DNA of 64,000 nt from Pirellulales bacterium. Lineage in GTDB: Bacteria > Planctomycetota > Planctomycetia > Pirellulales > JBBDJB01. How positions within the stretch are numbered: the stretch's first letter is position 1; each line of letters opens with the position of its first letter. The stretch covers positions 188,281 to 252,280 of the forward strand of contig JBBDJB010000052.1 in assembly GCA_040880125.1 (NCBI GenBank), read 5' to 3'. Below the pieces are notes generated by a model. That model made no database searches. It saw only the letters and a program-made list of their open reading frames with translations, and was not told the origin of the DNA. This document shows, piece after piece, positions 19,872 to 29,105 of this stretch. Both the position numbers and the translations under genes were made by a program.

Positions 19872-20057
19872 TCAAGGGACCGGAATGCTCAAGTCCCGAC
19901 AGATCTTGCGGGCCAGCGGGTCTGGTATCTCGGAATGACGCGGAACCGCGGATCGGCGGTTATTGGTCGGATTGCCCCACCATGAATGGCGACGTCCTTC
20001 GCGCACCAACAAACAGCCGTTTTGTTGGAGATGTCGAATAAGCGCGTGCCGCTTCAA
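19872..20057 (-). CDS. hicA: Type II toxin HicA (mRNA interferase)
   Basis: MKRHALIRHLQQNGCLLVREGRRHSWWGNPTNNRRSAVPRHSEIPDPLARKICRDLSIP matches the YcfA/HicA family. 61 aa. 4-bp overlap with upstream hicB. Confidence 0.8.
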   Translation of the reverse strand: MKRHALIRHLQQNGCLLVREGRRHSWWGNPTNNRRSAVPRHSEIPDPLARKICRDLSIPVP

Positions 20058-20272
20058 GGGGTCAATTCCACCTCTTCGAACTCACCGCTCACCGCCGCCG
20101 CCGCACGCGCATCGTCGCGATTCATTTCCACCGCTTCGCTCAAGGCGTCGCGGAGATTCTCCAACAACTCTTCGCGCGTGGCCCCTTGCGAGTTGACGCC
20201 GGGTACTTCTTCCACCCAACCGATCCACCATTGTTCGTGCTGCTGGATGACAGCCGTGTATTTTGCGGCCAT
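20054..20272 (-). CDS. hicB: HicB-family antitoxin (UPF0150-like); start chosen at MAAKYTAV
   Basis: YTAVIQQHEQWWIGWVEEVPGVNSQGATREELLENLRDAL is a typical HicB N-domain. Overlaps hicA start (ATGA). Confidence 0.7.
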   Translation of the reverse strand: MAAKYTAVIQQHEQWWIGWVEEVPGVNSQGATREELLENLRDALSEAVEMNRDDARAAAAVSGEFEEVELTP

Positions 20273-20402
20273 GGCATCGTTTCCGCCGGTTCGATTCGGG
20301 AGTCGCCACGATTGTATCGGCGACCTCTTCCTGCCCATTGTACAGTCTACCCCAGTGTGTCGGGGGGTGCCATCAGCATCGCCCAGCCGCTCGAGGCCGT
20401 AG

Positions 20403-20483
20403 CTGAACTTGCAAAAGTTCAGATGAGTCCAGAGGCGGCTGAATTCTTGCGAATTCAGCTACGTGCTTGCGAATTCAGCTACG
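20403..20483. repeat. Three tandem Family-B-type hairpins (CTGAACTT-gcaaa-AGTTCAG, GCTGAATTC-ttgc-GAATTCAGC, plus a partial copy) overlapping the trpA stop codon
   Basis: Inverted repeats read directly from the sequence. The trpA TAG (rc of 20479-20481) lies inside the last copy. Confidence 0.7.
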
Positions 20484-21288
20484 ATCGCACGCCTAGCGCC
20501 GCGCGCAGCTCGGCCGCGTATTGGCCGATCTCTTGCAGCACTTCTTTCCGATCGCGATCCGCGGCTTGCGCAACGCGGCGGACAATGGCCGAGCCGACGA
20601 TCAGGCCGTCGGCGACGGGCGCCAGCGCGCGGACGTGCGCGGGCTGGCTGATGCCGAAGCCGATGCAGATGGGCAGCTCCGTGCGCTCGCGCAGCCAACT
20701 GACGCTGTCGAGCAGTTTCTGCGGCAACTCCGTCCGCTCGCCCGTGATGCCGGTGACCGAGACGTAATAGAGAAAGCCGGAGGACGACTCGGCAATGCGG
20801 ACCGCCCGCTCCGGCGGCGTGGTCGGCGTGACGAGCTGAATCAGGCTGAAGTCCGCCCGTCGGCATACGGCGGCCAACTCGTTGGCCTCTTCCACCGGCA
20901 GGTCAGGCACGATCGCCCCAGCGGCCCCGGCGGCATGAGCGTCGGCCACATAGCGCTCCAGCCCGTGCCGCAGCACGATGGCGTAGCTGACCATCGTCAC
21001 CACCGGGGCGTCAAGCTGCGGCGTCACACCACCCAGCATGCCGAGGATGTCGGCCAGGCGGATCTTGTGGGCGAGTGCTCGCGTGTAGGACGCCTGAATC
21101 ACCGGGCCATCGGCGATCGGGTCGCTGTAGGGGATGCCCAGCTCGCACATGCTCGCGCCGCGGGCGACAAGCTCCTGCAAGACGGCGGCAGTGAAGTCCA
21201 GGTCCGGATCGCCGGCCGTGATAAAGGGCATCAACGCCTTTTCGCCAGCCGCCCGCAGGCGCTGGAAGAGCTGGTCGATCGCCGACAT
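20479..21288 (-). CDS. trpA: Tryptophan synthase alpha chain. The ORF is trimmed from 21525 to MSAIDQLF.
   Basis: MSAIDQLFQRLRAAGEKALMPFITAGDPD...GFGIS motifs. 7-bp gap after the trpB stop. Confidence 0.92.
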   Translation of the reverse strand: MSAIDQLFQRLRAAGEKALMPFITAGDPDLDFTAAVLQELVARGASMCELGIPYSDPIADGPVIQASYTRALAHKIRLADILGMLGGVTPQLDAPVVTMVSYAIVLRHGLERYVADAHAAGAAGAIVPDLPVEEANELAAVCRRADFSLIQLVTPTTPPERAVRIAESSSGFLYYVSVTGITGERTELPQKLLDSVSWLRERTELPICIGFGISQPAHVRALAPVADGLIVGSAIVRRVAQAADRDRKEVLQEIGQYAAELRAALGVRS

Positions 21289-21295
21289 GGCCGCG

Positions 21296-22540
21296 CTACT
21301 CCCCGCCGGCCGGTGGATGTTCGATCGATACGCCGCGCAGCCGGGCGATCTCGGCGGCGTCCTTGTCGCCGCGGCCAGAGAGGCACACGACGAGGGCTTC
21401 TTCCGGCGGGCGCTGGCGGGCCAGCCGCATGGCGGCGGCGATCGCGTGCGAGCTTTCCAAAGCGGGCAGGATGCCTTCGGCGCGGGCGAGCGAGTCGAAG
21501 GCCGACAGGGCGTCGTCGTCACCACAGTGCGTGTAGCTCACGCGGCCGCTGGACTTCCAATAGCTGTGCTCGGGGCCGACTCCGGGATAATCGAGCCCTG
21601 CCGAGATGGAGTGGACGTCGCACGTCTGGCCGTCTTCGTCCTGCATGACATAGCTGAAGCTGCCGTGCAGCACGCCGGGCTGGCCGAAGCTCAGCGGCGA
21701 GGCATGATCGCCCGGCTGCTCGCCGCGGCCGCCGGCCTCCACACCGACCAGGGCGACGCCCTCGTGCTGGATGAAAGGAAAAAACATGCCGGCCGCATTG
21801 CTGCCGCCGCCGACGCAGGCGACCACGTGCTCCGGCAGCCGGCCAAGCTGGGCGTGGCACTGCTGGATGGTCTCGCGGCCGATGACCGATTGGAAGTCGC
21901 GTACGATGCGGGGGAACGGATGCGGCCCGACGACCGAGCCGAGGATGTAGTGCGTGGTGTCGACGCTGCCCATCCAGTCGCGCATGGCTTCGTTGATCGC
22001 GTCGCGCAAGGTTCGCGAGCCGCTGGAGACACCGCGAACTTCGGCGCCCAACAGCCGCATGCTAAAGACATTGGGCGCCTGGCGGCGGATGTCTTCCTCG
22101 CCCATGTAAACGACGCACTCCAATCCGAAGCGGGCGCAGGCGGTGGCCGTAGCGACGCCGTGCTGACCGGCGCCGGTCTCGGCGATGACCCGGCGCTTGC
22201 CCATGCGGCAGGTGAGCAGCGCCTGGCCGAGGGTGTTATTGATCTTGTGGGCGCCGGTGTGGTTGAGGTCCTCGCGCTTCAGCCAAATCTGGGCCCCGCC
22301 GCACTGCTCGCTGAGCCGCCGGGCGTGATACAGCGGCGAGGGCCGGCCGACGTAGGTGCGGTGCAGCTCGTCGAGCTCGCCGAGAAATGCGCCGTCGGCC
22401 ATGGCGGCCTGGTACTCGCGGTCGAGCTCGTCCAGCGCGTGCACGAGCGTTTCGGGGACGTAGCGTCCGCCGAACAGACCGAAGCGGCCCTGGGCGTCCG
22501 GCACCTGCGGCGCGGCGGAAGGCGAAGATGACTTGGGCAT
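21296..22540 (-). CDS. trpB: Tryptophan synthase beta chain
   Basis: [15 protein letters not shown]...HTGAHKINN...GGGSNA PLP-enzyme motifs, 414 aa. Confidence 0.95.
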   Translation of the reverse strand: MPKSSSPSAAPQVPDAQGRFGLFGGRYVPETLVHALDELDREYQAAMADGAFLGELDELHRTYVGRPSPLYHARRLSEQCGGAQIWLKREDLNHTGAHKINNTLGQALLTCRMGKRRVIAETGAGQHGVATATACARFGLECVVYMGEEDIRRQAPNVFSMRLLGAEVRGVSSGSRTLRDAINEAMRDWMGSVDTTHYILGSVVGPHPFPRIVRDFQSVIGRETIQQCHAQLGRLPEHVVACVGGGSNAAGMFFPFIQHEGVALVGVEAGGRGEQPGDHASPLSFGQPGVLHGSFSYVMQDEDGQTCDVHSISAGLDYPGVGPEHSYWKSSGRVSYTHCGDDDALSAFDSLARAEGILPALESSHAIAAAMRLARQRPPEEALVVCLSGRGDKDAAEIARLRGVSIEHPPAGGE

Positions 22541-22864
22541 AAGCTACGGCGCTTTCGACCGTAGAGGGCGGAGAATATTGAAAGTAGCTGGACGCGTGAG
22601 AGTCAGTCGGGACAAGATCGATTGTCGATTGAGGGCCGGGAATGGTCAAGGCGGTAGCGGACGTTGTGAACTCTGAAGGCCGCATGTTGAAGTGAGTTTC
22701 GCTCCGAACGGCAAGGGCGTCTGGTGGACGCCGGAAAGGGCAGAGCGGAGCTGAAAGCAAGCGCAGCGAAAGCCACTGCTGGACAAGGTGAGCAGTGGCA
22801 CCCGAGGGGGCTGGAGTCTTGCGAATCCAGCTACGGGTAAGGAAGCGATACCACCGAATCGACG

Positions 22865-25800
22865 CTACTGCGGGGCTTCGACTGTGACGGCCACGACCAA
22901 GGGCGCGGTAGCGTCCGGGCCTTTGACCAGCTCGATGTGGTCGATCGGCTCGGTGCGCTTCGGCTCGACTGCCAGGTATCGAACCTGGCTATTGCGGAGG
23001 CGGAAGGCCAGTTCCGAGCCGGGCACTTCATATCGCCCGATGTAGTCGGCGAAGTGGACGCCGTTGCGCAGCTCGTGATCTTCGGTCTGCCCGTCCTGGT
23101 AGACGATGCGGACGATCATCGAAACCGTGCCGTCCTCCTGCGGACCCTGGGCGGCCCAGCCGGCCACGCCGCTGAGCAGGTGAATTGCCCGGGCCGGCTG
23201 ATGCACCGGCAGGCTCACCTCGCGCGGCATCCGCGGCGGGAACTCCCCCTGCGGACCGTAGAGCATGACCACATTCGGCACGCGGCCGTCCTGTGGATCG
23301 ACCAATTGGAACGGCACCTCGCGATAGGTCTTGGGCGACCAGTCGGAGAAGATCAGCCTCTCCGCCGTGCTGCGCTCGTCGAAGAACATGCCGCGCACGC
23401 TGCTGATGCTGGCCACTTTGCGAAGATCGAGCGGCGTGTACCGGCCGCGGCTGGTGAGAAACTCCAACAGGTTCGCGATGTCGTCCTCGGTGACCTGCTT
23501 CTCGAAGCCCTCTGGCATGACGGACTTGTTCGAGGCGAGTAGCTGGTCGATGTCGTCGCGAACGATGGCGTGCCGCTTGGCTTCGGTATCGATCAATTCG
23601 ATCGACGTGCGGGTTTCCGAGGCGAGCATGCCGCTTTGAATCAGGCCGTCGAGCGTGACGACCGTGTAGGTGCGGAAGTTCGCCTCGACGCTGCGGCTGG
23701 GGTCGATGATGTGGGTGAGCAGCTCTTCCTTCGGGTGGACGGCCATGCCGGTCAGGTCCGGGCCGATGACAGTGCCTTCGCCGCTGTGCGTGTGGCACTT
23801 GCTGCACTCCTTGATGAACACCTGCTTGCCGAGGGCGGCATCGCCGGTCCGCTCGGTCAGCGGCATCAGCCGGGCGAGTACTTCCGCGCGATCGGGGTTG
23901 GGCAGACTGCCGCCCTGCTCCAGCAGTTGCGAAGCGCGGCGGCGAATGCGGCGATCGGGATGCGCGGCCAGCGCCTGTTGTTGATCGAGCGAAAGGTCGC
24001 TCAGTTGCACGGCCCCGTCGGCGGCCGCTGTGAGCAGATCGCGGGTAGTTTCCGGGCGGGTCAACAGCACGCGCAGCGCCGCGGAGCGGACGGCGGGAGT
24101 CATGCCGGCGAGACGCTCGATGACGGCGCCGCCCAGCCCTTCGGCCGTGCTTCCGCCTAGGGCTTCAATGAGTCCTTCGGCCAGCTCCGGCGTGGCTTGT
24201 GGCGTGACCTGGTCGAGCACCTGACCGACGACCTTGGCGTCGCGCGGGAGGAACTCGACCAACTGCTCGGCGGCTTCCACCCGGGAGCGGGTCGCTTGCT
24301 GCTGGTCAGATAGGGTGGCGACCAGGGAGGATGTGATGCGGTCGGCGTACTTCTCCAGCACGTCGGTGCCCCAGGCGTTGCCGAGGCGGATGAGTTGGCC
24401 CTGCGTGCCGGAGGGGATCCGCTCGACCAGGATGCCAAGCGCCGCGGCGGCCTCGTCGGAAATCTGTGCGGTATGGTCGCGGGGCCAGCCTTCGCTCAGC
24501 CCGGTTGCCAGGGCGGAGATGTATACGGGATCCGCTTTGTCGAGCGCCGCCAGCAGGCGGCCGATCTGCTGGCCGTCCGGGCGGCTGCGGGCGACGTGTT
24601 CGGCCACGGTGGTGACGATCTCGAGCGTCCGCTCGTCGAGCTGCTGGGCGTCGGCCAGATAGGCGAGGGTGCGCGGTGCGTGTACAGCCGCGGCGCTGGT
24701 TAGGGCATCGGCGATCCAGCGGTCCTCGGTCGCGCCGGGCGACTTGAGTTGGTCGGCGACCGTCTTGGCAGCGTTGTCGCTTTCTTCTTGCACATCGGCC
24801 AGGGCCAACACGGCCGCGAGGCGCACCTGGGCGTCGTCGTCGGCCAGGATTTTGGAGTCGAGAACCGCCTGGAGAGAGTCTTCGCCTGGCGGAAGGACTT
24901 GCACCGCATTGCGGCGGACGCCCGCGGACGGATGAGCGAGCGCGGCAATGGCCGCCTGTGTCGCCTCGTCATTCGAGCGGTCCAGCGCACCCAGCCCTTG
25001 CAGCGTCCACAGGGCGTGGATCGCGCCGACATTCAGCCCGATCGGGTCGACGCTCTGGTCCTTTACGAGTGCAATGAGCGCCGGCACCACGTCGTTCTCA
25101 CCGCGCTCGACCAGCAGCCGCTGCGCGTGCCGCCGCCAAAGGAGGTTATCGTGCGCCAGGGCCTGCACCAGTTCTTCCGGGCTGGCGCCGGCCAGCGACA
25201 TCGGCTCGGCCTCGGGTGCCTTGTCGTAGACGACGCGGTAGACGCGGCCGTGGGCCTTGTCGCGCAGGTCGGTTTCGTAGGCGTTGCCGCGTCCGTTGTC
25301 GAAGCCGGCCGGCGTGGGATTGTGCTGTACGATGAAGTTGTACCAGTCGATCACCCAAACGTGCCCGTCGGGACCGACCTCGGCCATGATGGGGGCCGAC
25401 CACTCGTCATCGCTGGCCAGTAGATTGAAGGGACTGTCCGACGTGAAGTCGCTGCCGTCGCGGTTGAGCACGAACGCGCCGACCAGGTGGCCGGTCGGGC
25501 CGTTGACGAACGAGACGCGGTTCCAGTACTCCTGCGGGTAGGCACGTGCCGTATAGAGCGCCTTGCCGGCGCCGGCCGTGTAGCCGCCATGCTGATCGAC
25601 CTGGCGGACCTTCTCGGTGATCGGATCGAACAGGTGATCCTCCGAGATCATCTGCAGCACCTGGGGCGACCAACCGGCGACGCGCTCGTAGTAGCGATTC
25701 GGGATGGGCATGTAGACGCTGGGGCAGCGGTTGGCGGTCGAGCCAAAGACGATGCCCTCCTCGCTGATGCCCAGCCCCCAGGTGTTGTTGTTGGTCGAGC

Positions 25801-27256
25801 GGAGGAATTCGATGTCCGACCCGTCGGGGCGGAAGCGGAAGAACCCCTGGCGGAAGCCGGGATAGCGCGTGCCATCGGCCGCGACCGGACGCGAGTTGTT
25901 GTAGCCCTGCATGGCCCAGATCCAGTTGTCCAGGCCGTAGTTGAAGTTGCTCACGATGCCGTGCGTGTCGCCGATCGACCAGCCGGAAAACAGCACGCGG
26001 CGCTCGTCGGCGCGGTCGTCGCCATCGGTGTCCTTCAGGTAAAGCGTCTCCCGGGCGTTTTGCACGATGGCCCCGCCGCGGTGGAAGGCGATGGCCGTGG
26101 GGATGCTCAATCCCTCGGCGAACACGGTGAACTTGTCCGCCCGGCCGTCGCCGTCGGTGTCTTCGCAAATGCGAATGCGGTCGCGGCCTTCGTTCTCGCG
26201 GGCAAGCTCATTGGGATAGTCGACGGTCTCGCAAACCCACAGCCGGCCGCGCTCGTCCCAGGTCATATAGATCGGCTTGCCCTGGAAGTCCGGCTCGCTG
26301 GCGAACAGCTCGACGTGAAAACCCACCGGCGTGACGAAGTGCTTGATCGACTCCGCGGGCGGCAGCGGCTTTTGCATCATGTTGAGCGGCTCGTCCTGCC
26401 GGCCCCACTGCCGGCTGGGCGGATAGTTGGGGATCTTTGCGCCGACGTCGACGTACTCGAACGCGGCGATGTCGGTCCGCTTGGGCGTCATCTCCGGGAC
26501 GGGAAACGCTGCCTGCGACTGATAGTCGGGCACAGCGCCGACGTCCTCGTCGGCTGCCCAGCGAATGCCGCGCTCCAGCAGGTTCTGAAAGCCTTCGTTC
26601 CCCCAGGTGCGATGATCGTGCCCCCAGGCGGTGTAGAAGACGCGTCCGTCGCCGTGCGTGCGCACCCAAGTCCACGGCTCGCGCTCGTCGCCGTCCACGC
26701 GATACGAAAGCACGGTGCGGTCCTTCTCATTGTGCAGATGGTGGACATACGTCTCGTCCCAGCTCTCGAAGCCGCCGAAGCCGCGCATGATCGGATGGTC
26801 CGGCTCGGTGATCTGCGTGGTGAACACGCCCGTGCCGTGCCGCTGGAATTGGGCACCTATCAGGGCAACGACCTCCGGCGAATTGCGGAAGCAGAACGAG
26901 GCGCAATGGATCGGCACGAAGCCGCCGCCGCCGGCGACGTAGTCGAGCAGGCCCTGGGCCGCGTCGGGGTCGATGCGGTCGATATTGGCGAACACCAGCA
27001 GGGCGTCGTATTTCTGCAGGTTTTCCAGCCGCACGTCCGCCAGGCTCTCCGTGTAGGTCAGCGCGATGTTTCGCTCCTCCAGCACCGGCGCAATCTGGCG
27101 AAAGCGGTCGGCCGGCCGGTGGGCCCCCCCGTCGCCGAGGAACAGCACGGAGAGCTGCTGGGGAGCCTCGTCCTGTGCTGCCGAAGGCGTGGTGGCCGCG
27201 CCGATCAGGACGCTAAGTACTAGAGCAAGCGATGCGAGGAAGCGAGCTGGCGACAT
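22865..27256 (-). CDS. Giant secreted multidomain protein: ThuA-like domain + putative membrane-bound dehydrogenase beta-propeller + HEAT repeats + cytochrome c (CxxCH) domain (PVC-type heme-binding protein)
   Basis: Signal peptide. ThuA motifs (LSVLFLGDGGAHRP...FVPIHCASFCF). GFHVELFASEPDF...LWVCETVDYPN dehydrogenase-like region. HEAT repeats. CSKCHTHSGEG heme site. 1463 aa. Confidence 0.8.
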   Translation of the reverse strand: MSPARFLASLALVLSVLIGAATTPSAAQDEAPQQLSVLFLGDGGAHRPADRFRQIAPVLEERNIALTYTESLADVRLENLQKYDALLVFANIDRIDPDAAQGLLDYVAGGGGFVPIHCASFCFRNSPEVVALIGAQFQRHGTGVFTTQITEPDHPIMRGFGGFESWDETYVHHLHNEKDRTVLSYRVDGDEREPWTWVRTHGDGRVFYTAWGHDHRTWGNEGFQNLLERGIRWAADEDVGAVPDYQSQAAFPVPEMTPKRTDIAAFEYVDVGAKIPNYPPSRQWGRQDEPLNMMQKPLPPAESIKHFVTPVGFHVELFASEPDFQGKPIYMTWDERGRLWVCETVDYPNELARENEGRDRIRICEDTDGDGRADKFTVFAEGLSIPTAIAFHRGGAIVQNARETLYLKDTDGDDRADERRVLFSGWSIGDTHGIVSNFNYGLDNWIWAMQGYNNSRPVAADGTRYPGFRQGFFRFRPDGSDIEFLRSTNNNTWGLGISEEGIVFGSTANRCPSVYMPIPNRYYERVAGWSPQVLQMISEDHLFDPITEKVRQVDQHGGYTAGAGKALYTARAYPQEYWNRVSFVNGPTGHLVGAFVLNRDGSDFTSDSPFNLLASDDEWSAPIMAEVGPDGHVWVIDWYNFIVQHNPTPAGFDNGRGNAYETDLRDKAHGRVYRVVYDKAPEAEPMSLAGASPEELVQALAHDNLLWRRHAQRLLVERGENDVVPALIALVKDQSVDPIGLNVGAIHALWTLQGLGALDRSNDEATQAAIAALAHPSAGVRRNAVQVLPPGEDSLQAVLDSKILADDDAQVRLAAVLALADVQEESDNAAKTVADQLKSPGATEDRWIADALTSAAAVHAPRTLAYLADAQQLDERTLEIVTTVAEHVARSRPDGQQIGRLLAALDKADPVYISALATGLSEGWPRDHTAQISDEAAAALGILVERIPSGTQGQLIRLGNAWGTDVLEKYADRITSSLVATLSDQQQATRSRVEAAEQLVEFLPRDAKVVGQVLDQVTPQATPELAEGLIEALGGSTAEGLGGAVIERLAGMTPAVRSAALRVLLTRPETTRDLLTAAADGAVQLSDLSLDQQQALAAHPDRRIRRRASQLLEQGGSLPNPDRAEVLARLMPLTERTGDAALGKQVFIKECSKCHTHSGEGTVIGPDLTGMAVHPKEELLTHIIDPSRSVEANFRTYTVVTLDGLIQSGMLASETRTSIELIDTEAKRHAIVRDDIDQLLASNKSVMPEGFEKQVTEDDIANLLEFLTSRGRYTPLDLRKVASISSVRGMFFDERSTAERLIFSDWSPKTYREVPFQLVDPQDGRVPNVVMLYGPQGEFPPRMPREVSLPVHQPARAIHLLSGVAGWAAQGPQEDGTVSMIVRIVYQDGQTEDHELRNGVHFADYIGRYEVPGSELAFRLRNSQVRYLAVEPKRTEPIDHIELVKGPDATAPLVVAVTVEAPQ

Positions 27257-27462
27257 AGGTGGAATCCTGTACGTTAGCGCCGGGGAGATGTTATGGACGC
27301 ATTGGGCGGCGAGGGCGGCGCGCGGTATCCGTGGGTCTGCCCAGAACGGGCCGCTTATTGAACCCTGTCGGGGCCTCTACGGACCGCAACGGGGGCAAAG
27401 AAGCGGCACCCTCGAAGGTGGCATTATAACCGCCCGGCGGGCAGAGATGCACGCTCCCACCG

Positions 27463-27519
27463 GGTGAATTCTTTCGCCAAGTAGAAGTTCAGACGTGGCA
27501 CAGACATTCCTGTCTGTGC
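27463..27519. repeat. Degenerate Family-B hairpin followed by a Family-A hairpin (GTGGCACAGACA-ttcc-TGTCTGTGC) and a short T-run; a half-copy of A lies at 27651-27672
   Basis: Read directly. Same tandem B+A arrangement as at 57459-57511. Confidence 0.6.
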
Positions 27520-27742
27520 GTTTTGCCGGCGGCTCATTCGAATGCCCTGAGGGGCAGGCCGTACGGCACTATTTCGCTTTGCCTTGGCGGAACGTTCTTG
27601 GTAGGAAGCCCGCGAGCAGAGCAACCTGGGCTCGTCAATTCGATTCGCATAGCCAGGAATGTCTGTGCCACCACACGGGTGGGCTGCCGCTATTGTGGTG
27701 ATTCTACACCCGGAATATCCGTGCCAGCGAGCGGTTTTAGGG

Positions 27743-28579
27743 TCAGTCCGCCGCTGGCCGCGGGCGGTTGCTCCAGTGCCCGGACGGATCGCTGCCGCTT
27801 ACGATGACGCCCTTCTGATTCCAGTCCAGGTGCGCCCGGACGTCGGCGGCGCAATATCGCAAGGTCAAGCCGCAGCGGCGGCGTTCGGACCGGTTGGCCT
27901 CTGAACCGTGCAGCAACAGGTCGCTATGGATCGAGGCCTCGCCGGCCGCCAGCACATCGTCCACCGGCCGGCCGTACTGCTCGGCGTTCTCCACCGCCTG
28001 GTCGAGCACGCTGTGCTGGGCGGATTCGCTCGGCCGGTACGTGAGATGCCCGAAGTGGTGCGACCCGGCAATGAACCGCATGCAGGCGTTTTCGGTATCG
28101 GCATCGTCGATGGCCAGCCAGACGGTGACGGCTTTCGACGGAGTAAGCGGCCAATAGCTGGCGTCCTGATGCCAGGCGACGCTCTTGCCGTCGTGCGGCA
28201 TCTTGCAGAAGAAGTGTGAGCCCCAGGCGACAATATTTTCGCCCAGCAGGTCCATTACCAATGCGACGATCCGCGGCTCGGTCAGCAGATCGTAGACGCG
28301 GCCGTACTTCAGGTGTGCCGAGCTGATCGAGTAGCTGTCGCCGCCGGCGGCGGAAACGCGATCAAGCAGCGCGTCGAAGTAGCCGCGAATCTCGTCGATT
28401 TCTTTGCGGCCGAAGATCGGTAGCGGACGAACGTAGCCGTCGCGGTTGAAGGCTTCTATCTGCTCGTTCGACAGCGCACGTGGCTCCGACGTGGTGGCAG
28501 GATGAAACCGCAGATCGCGCTCGATCGATTGCAGCTCGTCGCCCTGCGGGGTCGTGCGGAAGTCGGTTCGATCGGACAT
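27743..28579 (-). CDS. Phytanoyl-CoA dioxygenase (PhyH) family Fe(II)/2-oxoglutarate oxygenase
   Basis: WHQDASYWPL...HxD...GSHHFGH...RRCGLTLRY motifs. Start trimmed to MSDRTDF. Confidence 0.78.
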   Translation of the reverse strand: MSDRTDFRTTPQGDELQSIERDLRFHPATTSEPRALSNEQIEAFNRDGYVRPLPIFGRKEIDEIRGYFDALLDRVSAAGGDSYSISSAHLKYGRVYDLLTEPRIVALVMDLLGENIVAWGSHFFCKMPHDGKSVAWHQDASYWPLTPSKAVTVWLAIDDADTENACMRFIAGSHHFGHLTYRPSESAQHSVLDQAVENAEQYGRPVDDVLAAGEASIHSDLLLHGSEANRSERRRCGLTLRYCAADVRAHLDWNQKGVIVSGSDPSGHWSNRPRPAAD

Positions 28580-29105
28580 CACAAGTTCTCGGAGATTTGC
28601 AAAAGAAAATACCAGTGTGAGCGAATACGGAGTAGACACATTTTAACGGTGTTAGGTTGCCATGTCCGGCGGCTGGCGCAGACTTCACTCGACGCGCGTT
28701 TACGCACATTCGGCGGCTCCGAGCCTCCTGGACGTTTCAGAAGCGTACTATGTCTCTCCACGGCCTCAACACATTCCGACGTCGCCGGGTCGAAGTGCCG
28801 TAGAAGGGGAACGGGGTCGATGCAAACAAGCGGCTGATTCACTGCGAAACGCGATGCATTGTGCCGGCCGGATTTTCCACGCCGGAGTTTTTCAAAGAGA
28901 ACGTGCATCGCAGCCCGGCTGCTAAGTCGTTGTTCAGAAAGAAAAAAGGTAAACCGCGGCGGACCCGAAAACATCTATCCGATACGAATGATTTGATTGG
29001 CGAGGATAATTAAGCGTCGAGCAATTTGCACGAATGCGATTCCGACAATATCCCGGAAACCTGAAAATGCGAGAAATGATTTTCTGCGACCATGCGAACG
29101 TCCAC

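Noticed and set aside
20521-21648. 375-aa plus-strand ORF
   Set aside because: Antisense to trpA/trpB. Arg-rich, no domain signatures.
4388-22540. Split trp genes (trpC next to purH; trpBA 15 kb away) as an anomaly
   Set aside because: Dispersed trp genes are common outside Proteobacteria/Firmicutes. Not noteworthy.
25487-27223. 578-aa plus-strand ORF
   Set aside because: Lies entirely antisense to the 1463-aa PVC-type gene. GC-driven open frame.
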